Below, in pieces: positions 12,201-22,188 of a DNA stretch of 52,450 bases. Under the pieces are notes generated by a model that saw only the letters and a list, made by a program, of their open reading frames with translations, ran no database searches and was not told the origin of the DNA. Location: NCBI GenBank assembly GCA_002269645.1, contig NIVC01004266.1, positions 1 through 52,450 of the forward strand. Reading direction: 5' to 3'. A program made the position numbers and the translations under genes. This DNA is from Macrostomum lignano (Eukaryota). Within the stretch, counting starts at the first letter, position 1, and each line of letters opens with the position of its first letter.

Positions 12201-14652
12201 GACGAGTCCACGGCTGTGCGGGTGCTGGCCTGCTCCATTGTGTACCGCTGCGGCTGGCTGCCCGCCCTGTCCCACCACCGCATCTCCGGCCTGGCGCTCA
12301 CGCATCCCATTGTGGCCAGGCCGGCTGGCGCTAAGGAGCTGGACGCCGGCACCGACTGCGACTGGCTGGTGCGCACTCTGGCCGGCCTGGTGCAGCGGAT
12401 GTCCACCGCCTGCCGGCTGCGTCTGCGCGAGTGCCATCAGCAGACCATGTACCAGCGGGAGGAGGCCAATATCTTTGTGGAATGGCGCTACCTCATTGAG
12501 CTGTGCTTCTACAAGCTGTATCTGTCCGCTCCCGTGAGTTTTTTGTGCTCACTGTCTGAGAATGCCAGTTTTTTTTATGTACCACAACTTCTATTCAGAA
12601 TTTCCCAGGGATTTCTGTCCTGAGTCCGAGAGTCCCGATCCCGCTGATCCCGAGTATATCTAGCTGGCACAGATCACACCCAGCTGGCACAGATCACACC
12701 CAGCTGGCACAGATCACACCCAGCTGGCACAGATCACACCCAGCTGGCACAGATCACATCCAGCTGGCGCAGATCACATCCAACCGGCGCAGATCACATC
12801 CAACCGGCGCAGATCACACACAGCTAGCAAAGATCACACCCAGTTGGCACAGATGATGCCAGATCACACCCAGCCGGCACAGATCACACACAGCTGGCAC
12901 AGATCACACCCAGCTGGCACAGATGATGCCAGATCACACCCAGCTGGCACAGATGATGCCAGATCACACCCAGCTGGCACAGATCACACCCAGCTGGCAC
13001 AGATGATGCCAGATCACACCCAGCTGGCATAGATCACACCCAGCTGGCGCAGATCACATCCAACCGGCGCAGATCACATCCAACCGGCACAGATCACACC
13101 CAGCTGGCAAAGATCACACCCAGCTGGCACAGATCACACCCAGCTGGCACAGATCACACCCAGCTGGCACAGATTACACACAGCTGGCATAGATCACACC
13201 CAGCTGGCAAAGATTACACACAGCTGACATAGATCACACCCAGCTGGCAAAGATCACACCCAGCTGGTACAGATCACACCCAGCTGGCACAGATCACATC
13301 CAGCTGGCACAGATCACACCCAGCTGGCACAGATCACATCCAGCTGGCACAGATCACACCCAGCTGGCACAGATCACACCCAGCTGGCACAGATCACACC
13401 CAGCTGGCACAGATTACACACAGCTGGCATAGATCACACTCAGCTAGTACAGATCACACCCAGCTGGCACAGATCACACCCAGCCGGCATTCTGTATCTC
13501 CGCTTCAGCGTCTGCCTGGCGCAGCTCACCAGCTGGCCTTGCAGTGACCTCTAGCGGTCGAAAGAATGCTAAACTAGCTGGGGCTTCGCTGCCCTGCTAA
13601 GCACAAATCGTTGGTCAATTGGCTGTGTTTGGTTCCAATTGGCCTGGTGTTGCTTTGTTCATTTTCATTAGTTTGATTGATATGTGCTTACGGACATAAT
13701 AACATATATGCATCGGGCATTCTGTATCTCCGCCCCTGTGTCCAGCTGCTGAAACTGCACCAAGTGACCTTTTGGCGGTCGAACGAATGCCAGATTAACA
13801 AAGCCTCGCATGGCTTGGCTGTGCGCAAATCGTTGGTCGAATTAGGGCTACCCGCCTAATAGCCGTTCGACCTGGTGTTGCATTGCACACTTGCTGGTGT
13901 AGAAAATAGCCATTGAATTCATTTCTATTTGCTACTTGCTGCTCAGTAGCATGTAAAGAATTTTGTAGCCATTTTTACTGAATGAGTGTTACGAGTGGCA
14001 TTTATTAATTTCTCGTGAGCTTTCTCCCATTAAGGCCTCAGACTTTTAAACTTCTATAGACTGAGCAGTTCTTCTGTAGGGGTTGTGGCCTAGTGGTTAG
14101 GAGCGTCAGACTCACGACTGGAAGGTCGAGGGTTCGATTCTCGATCCACTCGGAACAATTTGTGTCCTTGAGCAATAAATACTCTGCATTGCTTCAATCC
14201 ACCCAGCTGTAGAATGGGTGCCAGCATTAGCTGAGGTAATTGAGGGTTGAATTGAGGACCCCCCAGTCCTTGGACTGAACAGCCGTACGCAGCCTTCAGA
14301 TGCGCCGCGCAATAGCTGCGGCTGAGCTGTCGGTTGCTGTGCTTTTATCAATTATTAAACTATTATTATTGTATAATAAGCTACTGGAAGTAGTTTATGC
14401 GCACATCTGATGTCCTCCCAAACTCTTTCATCCAACACCCAGACGCTGGACAAGCAGGAGCGGGCCCGCATCGGCGAGTCCCTGGCCGACATTCGGGTGC
14501 AGCTGGCCAACGCCTCGGCCAGGGGCGACAGCGCCGAGGCTGCCTGGCCGAGCAGCCTGGTGGACTCGGCAGTGATGGAGCACTCGGCTCCGTTTCATGC
14601 CATGCTGTACGCTGGCCGGCTGTGCGACCTGCTGATTGGCCAGCTTTGCTAA
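3251..14652 (+). CDS. THADA: THADA / Trm732 homolog (tRNA 2'-O-methylation cofactor, DUF2428 armadillo-like), 11 exons, ~1660 aa
   Basis: Phase-consistent model: 3251..3292, 3840..3971, 4078..4180, 4665..5596, 5685..6287, 6836..7489, 7711..8241, 8676..9188, 9782..10423 (GC donor), 11904..12533, 14443..14652. THADA motifs: AWAWRNL, SRHRGTIE, VTRRSAGLP, VHALNLLRAVVRE, WAVRN, TEFFSAYPRL, NSLHGHILL. Confidence 0.9.
3460..3770. repeat. 44-bp minisatellite (CCATAGACTAACCAACTGATAGCCAGAGTTCCTGGTATTTTCAG) in THADA intron 1
   Basis: Tandem units visible. Confidence 0.9.
4226..4340 (+). repeat. Dispersed ~115-bp element, copy A (THADA intron 3)
   Basis: Shares GTACAGTATTGGCGCGCT and GCTCAGGAGTCTGCGGAAYGGGCAGA with copy B, and CTGTACAC(T)CCTGTGTGAG plus GCGCGCTTGTGTGC with copy C. 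Confidence 0.8.
4393..4637. repeat. (AGTC)n microsatellite, THADA intron 3
   Basis: Directly visible. Confidence 0.95.
6320..6790. repeat. Degenerate ~40-bp minisatellite (AATAATCCCACTCTGGAAATCCCAAGATCCC core), THADA intron 5
   Basis: Visible repeated core. Confidence 0.85.
7525..7625. repeat. 30-bp tandem repeat (AAATCCCAATAACCCATAATCCTCGATTCT), THADA intron 6
   Basis: About three visible units. Confidence 0.8.
8305..8585. repeat. 21-bp minisatellite (GAGAATCGCCCCAATCCATCA), THADA intron 7
   Basis: Visible; produces the spurious NPSENRP peptide repeats. Confidence 0.9.
9345..9710. repeat. 20-bp minisatellite (GAGATACTTGGCTGAGATTG), THADA intron 8
   Basis: Visible tandem units. Confidence 0.9.
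10561..10950. repeat. 20-bp minisatellite (CCCAGCTGGCACAGATCACA), THADA intron 9
   Basis: Visible; the last unit runs into snoRNA copy 1. Confidence 0.95.
10949..11127 (+). ncRNA. SNORA8: Box H/ACA snoRNA, SNORA8/ACA8-like, copy 1
   Basis: Hairpin 1 GGCATTC/GAATGCT with upper stem CCGCT/AGCGG; H box AAACTA 11034..11039; hairpin 2 GGTCAATTGG/CCAATTGGCC; ACA at 11122..11124, 14 nt from the pocket. Pockets GTATCT+TCG and ATCGTT+TGGT complement conserved 18S CGA-U-C-AGAUAC and ACCA-U-A-AACGAU. Confidence 0.8.
11325..11805. repeat. 20-bp minisatellite (GAGATTCTTGACTCTGAGAT), THADA intron 9
   Basis: Visible tandem units. Confidence 0.95.
12660..13487. repeat. 20-bp minisatellite (CCCAGCTGGCACAGATCACA), second array, THADA intron 10
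   Basis: Same unit as 10561..10950; runs into snoRNA copy 2. Confidence 0.95.
13486..13664 (+). ncRNA. SNORA8: SNORA8-like H/ACA snoRNA copy 2, ACA box mutated to TCA (possible pseudogene)
   Basis: Near-identical to copy 1, but TCA at 13659..13661 where copy 1 has ACA. Confidence 0.65.
13716..13892 (+). ncRNA. SNORA8: SNORA8-like H/ACA snoRNA copy 3 (diverged, intact boxes)
   Basis: Stems changed compensatorily (CCGCC/GGCGG; GGTCGAA/TTCGACC) while both pockets are unchanged; H box AGATTA 13792..13797; ACA 13887..13889, 14 nt from the pocket. Confidence 0.82.
14079..14372 (+). mobile_element. tRNA-derived SINE in THADA intron 10
   Basis: A box TGGCCTAGTGG 14086..14096; B box GGTTCGATTC 14131..14140; tRNA cloverleaf imperfect; followed by a GTGTCCTTGAGCAA...TCCACCCAGCTGTAGAATGGGT central domain of the kind seen in V/Deu/Meta-type SINEs; (TTA)-rich tail. 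Confidence 0.8.
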
Positions 14653-16654
14653 TTTATTACTTTCTTCATAATTTAATTTGCTGCATTTTTGTTACTTTGA
14701 GCTGAGCTGCTAAAGCTCCGCTTTGGTTGCCTTGCTTGATATATAATCTGGTCTTTCGGCCACTTGAGCCTGGAAACCGCATCAGAATACATAGCAACTG
14801 CATGGTAACAAAATAGTAACCGCATAGTAACGACATAGCAACAGCAACAACCGCATAGTAACGGCATAGCAACCGCATAGTAACGACATAGCAAGTGCAT
14901 AATAACGACTAAGCAAGTGATAGGACTTGAGAATTCTTGCAAATATTAGCATAATTGCCACTTTAAATCCCGCCGCCCCTTATAATAATTTCATCCAAAC
15001 TTCTTTCTTATTTTTATCATGGAAATTGTGTGCCCCAGTGTTGTGAGCTACCAGCTATCGCTTACCGTAGTTTTCATAATTTATGATGATATGTAATAAT
15101 GATACTGATAATGAGTATGCTGTACCTCATTTTCTTATCTATGGCTCCAATTTCGTCGCTACGCAGGTGAACTGTTAAATTCTGCGTCAAATTACTGATT
15201 TAAGCCCGAGGCTGCAGTCCGGAACCGATCTGCTTGGGTGCCTGCATTTGGTAATAATTCTAGACCACAATAGCAAGCGGCACCTAGAAGTCTTGACTTG
15301 AATCGCTTTATTCATTATGATATTTAATTTCGTGTCATATTTATGAATATTACTAATAAAATTTTTCTAGTATATCCCTGTGCGTTTCTGTTTTTTCTTC
15401 ATGCTTCTCGTAACTCTTGTGACCCGCTTATCAATTAGCTAGAGAATTCAATATATTTACTCAAACGCTTTTTGAACTTCGCTTTTTCATCCGTTTAATC
15501 TAAACGTACATGTATTTGCATCGAGACGATTCACTTTAAGCGTGTTTCATCTGCTTATTGTTAAATAAAACTATCGACTCTGCCTGGTTAAATATATATG
15601 TTTATAAATGCCTCCCGTGGTTTGAGGTAAAAAACATTAAATAAATCGAAAGAGCATAAATCTGTCGTTTTCACATTTAATCGAAGACAGGTCCAGGTGA
15701 CAACCGTAAAGAAACTTTCGACTAAGTTATCATTATATCGATTTTTCCATCGTTTTTACTAAGCAAAGTACCGACAGCCAAGGGGATATGCATTCATTGG
15801 CTTCAGCTACATGAACTAGTATGCATGTTATTGTGCATTAATTATAAAAACCTTTGCGATTAGCATTGCATATTTGAGCTTCTGATGCCAGTTAGCTTAA
15901 ATGGCTTATTAAAAATCAACGTAAAACCGTAACAACGTAACAACGTAAAATACAAATCAGGAAGGTATTTTTTAGAATACATGAAGGGTCTCCATCTCAC
16001 TATTTAAAGCTTGAAAAAAACTGGCCGAGTTTGCGAATTAGAAATGCAGAACTAAAACAAAGTTTTAAAGTTAAAAGATAAATTTAACAGTAACAATAAA
16101 GTATATTACAAGATGTAAAGTATTGTTTTTAATACTAAAGATTCTCTCATTCTACTACGCATTATGTATTCTAATGCTTTGCATTTGAATTTGCGTATGA
16201 GGAAGTTAATTTTTGTAATGGTGATTTTCACGAGGTTAACGCTAAATTTGTATTATCGATTTGGATTAGATGGTCCATCCAAGCCCTGAAAGAATAACAC
16301 CACATGAGTGACGACTCATAGCGTCATGACTAAAATAACACTACCTACTTTTAGGTATGGTTTAGAAATAAATTTAGAGCACTTAGTCTTTTAAAAAAGT
16401 TGTTAAGTAGTCCTTGCATAATTGTTATTGTATCTATCTATATCTATTTATCTGGATTAGGCCTATAAAACTATATAGCTAGAACTTAAAAATGCTTAAT
16501 CAAGATATATATTTATAATTTTAACATCAATGTACTTTTGGGCCTGAGGATAAATGACTTTTAAAAAGTTATCTTGTTTTTCATATTTAAATTATGAATA
16601 TGTGTTTATAGGCCCCCCTAGCACTATGGTAAAGTTGCACGTCTGAGAAAAAGT

Positions 16655-17783
16655 AGAATTAAGGTGAGCGCTATCATTTTTTATGCAACATGTTTCGCCT
16701 CGCATCAGGCATTGTCAGGCTCTTAAAATTAGTAACAATTTATTTGTTTATTTATATTTAACAATTAACACTAAGAACAGGTCGATAAAAGTCAGAAATG
16801 TATATAAATTAACAGTAGATTGTACAGTCCCACGAAGCGCTCACAGAGTTGCAATGAGGGGAGAGAGAGAAAGAGAGTGAGATGAGCACAAGTGTACACC
16901 TAGAATACTCTAATCTCTAAGGAGGGCATTGGCACCATGATCGGCTGGCAAGTTGTTTATTTAGGATTGGTTTACGCAGTTTTATATATAGGGCTTCAAG
17001 CAGTCTGTACTCATTTGAGCATGTATGGATGGTGGAAAAGTTTTTATCTATTTGGCTGTCACAGCATTCTTTGCATATCATCAGGTGGTTATGCATAGCC
17101 AACATCTTTTGCCTATGTTCTCTACTTCTCACGTATAGGTATCGGGTAGTTTCACCTATGTGGGTGATACTCTGGTCGCCAGGGAATTAAAATTAGGCCC
17201 TAATAAACGACACCTGCCTGTAAGGAGCTGGGAATGCGGCATTTCAAATTCTTAACAAATTGACCGATTTTCTTGCAACAGAAAATGACCATGAGCTTCA
17301 CATTTAAATACTTATTAAATGTTCTGATGAGGTTCTTTTTAAATGAACAGAAGCACGCCCATAGAAAAGAATGGAGATATGGGTGCAATCAGTCCTTAGA
17401 TCTTTCGATTACCACATTAGGAAATTCATTGATGGTAAAGTCGCGAAACCTAACAATAGACAAAATAATGAAGAACAGAAAGATCTGAGGACTGATTGCC
17501 CCCATATCTCCATTCCTTTTTATGGGCCTGCTTCTGTTTATTTTTTTCCTCTCTCTCTTTCCCCCTCTCTCTCTCTCTCCCCTCATTGCAACTCTGTGAG
17601 CACTCCATCAGACTGTATAATCTACTCTTATTTATATACATTTCTGACTTTTATTGACCTGTTCTTAGTGTTAATTGTTAAATATAAATAAACAAATAAA
17701 TTGTTACTAATTTTAAGAGCCTGACGATGCCTGATGTGAGACAAAACATGTCGCTTAAAAATGATAGTGCTCATCTTAATTCT
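16655..17783. repeat. ~215-bp diverged inverted repeat pair (16655..16870 / 17570..17783) around a ~700-bp spacer; possible non-autonomous DNA element
   Basis: The same peptide shadow (QALKISNNLFVYLYLTINTKNRSIKVRNVYK) appears on opposite strands; arms end inwardly in GA/TC microsatellite. Confidence 0.8.
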
Positions 17784-18594
17784 GTTTATAGCACATTTAT
17801 TTTTTCCAATGTATGTTAAATATATATGTGAAACTGTAACTGGCAACCAATATCAATATGGCTCGTATAAATTATATTAGACTATAGTTGCAAAATAACA
17901 ACCCTAAAATAAGAAAAAAAGAAAAGGAAAAAAGGCATAAAGAAACAAAGTTAGAAAACACAATAAAATTAAAAGAAATAAAAACAAAAGGTTGCAAAAA
18001 AGCAAACTAAGGTTGCATTTTGGTCAAGACAAGGTTGCAAGCAAGACTGATATATAGTTTTAGAGTTTATATATATTATATATGCTTTTAATTAAACTAG
18101 GCCTATCAATTGACATTAAATGCATACAATTTTTATGCTACACAAATAGGCATACTAACATAACTTTATAACTTGATGGCATACTTGGTATATACCTAAA
18201 CTTTTGCCCAAAAACTCTGGCATACACGGGACATCTTCTTGACAGTATCTTAGTGTGCTTGTTACTAAAATATGAAAGTATATATAATGTCTACTCATAT
18301 TCATTATTAAATGTCTTTCATTATTGATTATTATAGTTAAATTTGCTCATATATATGCAGTGCAGTACTTGAAGTAAGAATACAAATAATTCAAAATGAT
18401 ATTAGTTTCACTAATTATAGAATTACCATGTACAAAAGTCAAAATAATTTTGAATATATTACAAATCTGAGACATTTAATGCCATTTTCAATCATATTTT
18501 TAACACCTGTGATGCATTTTTGCAGGTCTTTATAATGCTTAAATAGACTCCATGGGACAAGTTTCTTGCATTACATTTTTAGTATATGTACTAG

Positions 18595-19640
18595 CAATCA
18601 GTGCCTCCTGTTGGGGAGCCTAAAAAATGCAGTACAAGTTGTTTTAATAAACTACATGTAGCGTCTCTTTGCATTTTACCCCAGCAGTCCCTTGTAAGTC
18701 TTGACATGTCAGCAATTCCCCCCACAAGCCTTAACATATCAACTCCCCCCTTGACATCTCAGCGATGCCCTTATAAGCCTTGAAATCTTAAAAAAATCTG
18801 TCTACTTTCTAACCCTAGCCTAACCCTAACCCTAAAGCATTGAAATTTCAGTAATTCTCTCAAGAGTCATTATAGCACTACTACAGCATTATAGCGATTC
18901 CCTGCAAGCCTCGACATCGTAGGGATTCCCAAATGAATCTCTTAACTTTGACATGAAGCTTCTTTTATTTTTTACATTATGCTTTTTTTATCAGTGATCC
19001 CTCCCATGAGGAGCCAACAAATAATGTATTAAAAAGTTTTCAATAAACTACATGTAGCTTCTGACTTTAGCCTTGACATCTCATTTATTCCCCTGTGAGC
19101 CTTGAATCTCAGCTATTCCCCCCATAAGCCTTGACATCTCAGCTATTCCCCCCATAAGCCTTGACATGTCAGCGATGCCCCTCATAAACCTTTAAATCTA
19201 AAAAATCCCCTGTTAACCTTGAAACCCGCTAAAATCTAACCCTCAACCCAAACCTGACCTAAACCTAACTTTAACCCAACCTAAAGCCTTGAAATCTCAG
19301 CAATTCTTTTCCCCTAAGCCTTGGCATTTTAGTGATTCCTTCTTTAAGAATCACAGCGCTATAACGATTCCCTCCAAGCTTTGCAATCGTAGCAATTCCC
19401 AAATGAATCTTTTAACTTCGACATGACTTTTCTTTTATGTATACATAGTGCTACTTTTATTTTTTACATGACTCTTCTTCTATCAGCGCCCCCCCCGTGG
19501 CGAGCCAACAAAGAATGTAATAAAAAATTGAGTAAAGTACATGTACTTTGAAGTAGCTTCTGACTTTTGCTTTGACATCTCAGAAACCCCCCCCCCCCGT
19601 AATCTCAGTTATTCTCTGTGAGCCTTGACGTCTCAGTAAT
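18595..19640. repeat. Three degenerate tandem copies of a ~400-490 bp unit containing TAACCC-like motifs
   Basis: Units begin near 18595, 18990 and 19480 (ATCAG..GAGCC(A/T)A..TACATGTA..CTTGACATCTC). Confidence 0.7.
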
Positions 19641-19856
19641 TCTCCCCAGCACAGCACAATAGCTTCATTTAATTTTTACATGACGCTTCTTTGATTCTTC
19701 CATGATGCTTCTTAACTTTAGTTTTTCGAATATTTAATCCCTTTAGCATTGACCAATTTCTTAGCGAGATTTAGTATATTTGAATTTATTTAATTGTAAT
19801 AAACTGTCATTCTTAAACACTTCAGCAATCTGGTATATCTGATACAGCAAATTGAA

Positions 19857-20966
19857 ATGCTTGTGGAGTACGAGAACAGTGACTCGGAGTCCGAGTCAGA
19901 CGCTGAACAGCAGCAGCAGAAACAGGAGGAGAAGAAATCTTCAGCCAGGCAGGCGGCAGAGGAGCCGGCAGGCACTGACACTGAGGAGGCGCCCGTCATT
20001 TCCGATGACGAAGCCGAAACAGTCCAGAACGATGCGGAGCGCCAGCAGGAGGCGGCGGGCGGCGGCGTCGAGGCAGCCGATGGCCTGGCCGCGATGGCAG
20101 CCGCGGACGACACTGTGGAGGAGAATCTGCGAATGCGCGTTCCCGCGTCCGCCCAGGCGCCAGCGACATCCGGGTCGGGGACTTCGGCGGAGCCAGCAGC
20201 CGCGGCGGCCGAATCGCTGGCTCAGCAGAAGCAGCAAAGACAGAAGCAACAGCAGCTGCTGCTGCAGCAAAAGCGCCGCCGACTTCTCCTGTTGGAACCG
20301 AGCGCTGCCGCCAACGGCGCTGACGAGGACGACGATGAAGACGACGAGGACGCGGTCAAGCGTCGCCGGATCGCGTCGGCCGCCGCCGCCGGCCAGATGC
20401 GCGGCGCCACGTCACTGCTGGCGCAGCTGCCCAAGCCCAAGGCGCTGGCCGTCCGCGAGGGCGCCGGGCGCGTCTTCGTGCCGCCGATGCGGCCGACAAT
20501 CCGGCCACCGAGTCCGCCGGCGCCGAAGCTGCCAGCGGCGACATCTTCGATGGTGGATGACGAAGCGCCGTTTGCCGCGGAGCCTGCCGACTCCAACCTG
20601 CCGCAGCAGCAGAGCCTTCTTGGCGCCGTCCTGCCGCCCAGCGAGCTGCACCGCTACCGCCAGGCCACCGGCGCCTCGCTCACCGCCGACGTCGCCGCTG
20701 ACGCTGGCAGCGGCGGGATCATCGACATCCGACAGTCTGACCAGGTGGCCGGCGCCGAGCTCGAGCTGACGAAACAGTTAACTCGCAACGCCGGCGCCGA
20801 TGCAAGGCGCAAGCCGGAAGGCCCCGAGCCCAGCTCGATGGCGAAGCGGAAGCACCAGATCACCTACCTGGCCTATCAGGCCAAGGAGCGCGAGCTGGAG
20901 CTGAAAAACTCCTGGTCTGACGCGCGCTTCAATCAGCGGAGCAGTCAGAGGAAGTACGGCTTCTGA
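19857..20966 (+). CDS. PRCC: Proline-rich protein PRCC homolog, single coding exon, 369 aa
   Basis: N-terminal MLVEYENSDSESE and C-terminal KRKHQITYLAYQAKERELELKNSW...RKYGF* are the conserved PRCC termini. Confidence 0.93.
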   Translation: MLVEYENSDSESESDAEQQQQKQEEKKSSARQAAEEPAGTDTEEAPVISDDEAETVQNDAERQQEAAGGGVEAADGLAAMAAADDTVEENLRMRVPASAQAPATSGSGTSAEPAAAAAESLAQQKQQRQKQQQLLLQQKRRRLLLLEPSAAANGADEDDDEDDEDAVKRRRIASAAAAGQMRGATSLLAQLPKPKALAVREGAGRVFVPPMRPTIRPPSPPAPKLPAATSSMVDDEAPFAAEPADSNLPQQQSLLGAVLPPSELHRYRQATGASLTADVAADAGSGGIIDIRQSDQVAGAELELTKQLTRNAGADARRKPEGPEPSSMAKRKHQITYLAYQAKERELELKNSWSDARFNQRSSQRKYGF

Positions 20967-21265
20967 TTGGCCGGACTGTGGAGTTGGTTACTTTTTTGCT
21001 TGCATTTTATGTCTCTGCGGGTAGCGTGTCTTTTGCTTTGTATGCCTCGTATATTTTGCGGTATAGAATAGAGTCTTAGCAACCGGGAGTTTAGGCGTCC
21101 TTGTATAGTGCAAATATGGAATATATTCTCATGCTAAACGTTCATGTTTTCTATTATTGAACTGGAAATCTATTATATTTCGTGTGCAACTCTGCTTTCT
21201 CGTAACATTGCTCTTTAGCTGCAGTAGTTGTGTGTCATCATTTTTGCGCGAATTCAAACTGCCGA

Positions 21266-21271
21266 AATAAA
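21266..21271 (+). promoter_or_regulatory. Probable PRCC polyadenylation signal AATAAA
   Basis: AATAAA 300 nt after the PRCC stop, followed by a T-rich stretch. Confidence 0.6.
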
Positions 21272-21306
21272 GACTGATTGCAGTAAAGCATTTTTGTCTT
21301 ATGACT

Positions 21307-22155
21307 CAATTAGAAATCGCCCTTAGACTTCAATTAGGAATCGCCCTTAAAGTAGAGTCGAGGTAAGGTACATCGTTTGATAAAAGCCAGGAGAACGAAA
21401 GCAAAAACGAACATTCGCATTTTTTCTTTAATACGATTATTTTCTTCAACTTAATAAAGAAAAATATGCGAATGTTCGTTTTTGCTTTCGTTCTCCTGGC
21501 TTTTATCAAATCGCCCTTAGGCTTCAATTAGAAATCGCCCTTAGGCTTCAATTAGAAATTGCCATTAGGCTTCAATTAGAAATTGCCCTTAGGCTTCAAT
21601 TAGAAATCGCCCTTAGGCTTCAATTAGAAATCGCCATTAGGCTTCAATTAGGAATCGCCATTAGGCTTCGATTAGAAATTACCCTTAGGCTTCAATTAGG
21701 AATCGCCATTAGGCTTCGATTAGAAATTACCCTTAGGCTTCAATTAGGAATCGCCCGTAAGGCTTCAATTAGGAATCGCCCTTAAGCTTCAATTAGGAAT
21801 CGCCCTTAGGCTTCAATTAGGAATCGCCCTTAGGCTACAATTAGGAATCGCCCTTAGGCTTCAATTAGGAATCACCCTTAGGCTTCAATTAGGAATCGCC
21901 CTTAGGCTTCAATTAGGAATCGCTCTTAGACTTCAATTAGGAATTACCCTTAGGCTTCAATTAGGAATCGCCCTCAGGCTTCAATTAGGAATCGCCCTCA
22001 GGCTTCAATCAGAAATCGCCCTCAGGCTTCAATTAGAAATCGCCCTTAGGCTTCAATTAGGAATCGCCCTTATGCTTCAATTCGGAATCGCCCTTAGGCC
22101 TCAATTAGGAATCGCCCTTAGGCTTCGAATTAGGAATCGCCATTAGGCTTCAATT
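21307..22155. repeat. 24-bp minisatellite (AATTAGGAATCGCCCTTAGGCTTC), interrupted at ~21350..21510
   Basis: Visible tandem units. Confidence 0.95.
21376..21510. repeat. Perfect 45-bp inverted repeat (foldback/MITE-like)
   Basis: 21376..21420 TTTGATAAAAGCCAGGAGAACGAAAGCAAAAACGAACATTCGCAT is the exact reverse complement of 21466..21510; flanked by TCG on both sides. Confidence 0.9.
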
Positions 22156-22188
22156 CACCAGCTCACCCGCACCCCAAACTGCTGCACA

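Noticed and set aside
4625-12537. Numerous antisense and alternate-frame ORFs over THADA exons (also over TTLL1, PRCC, Cav2 and the LINE)
   Set aside because: GC-rich shadow ORFs with no recognisable motifs or splice logic.
14079-14152. Functional tRNA gene
   Set aside because: Acceptor and anticodon stems do not pair properly, there is no T-run terminator, and it continues into a SINE body.
17324-17355. Hammerhead ribozyme (CTGATGAG..GAAC..GAAG)
   Set aside because: No GAAA after stem II and no convincing stems I/III.
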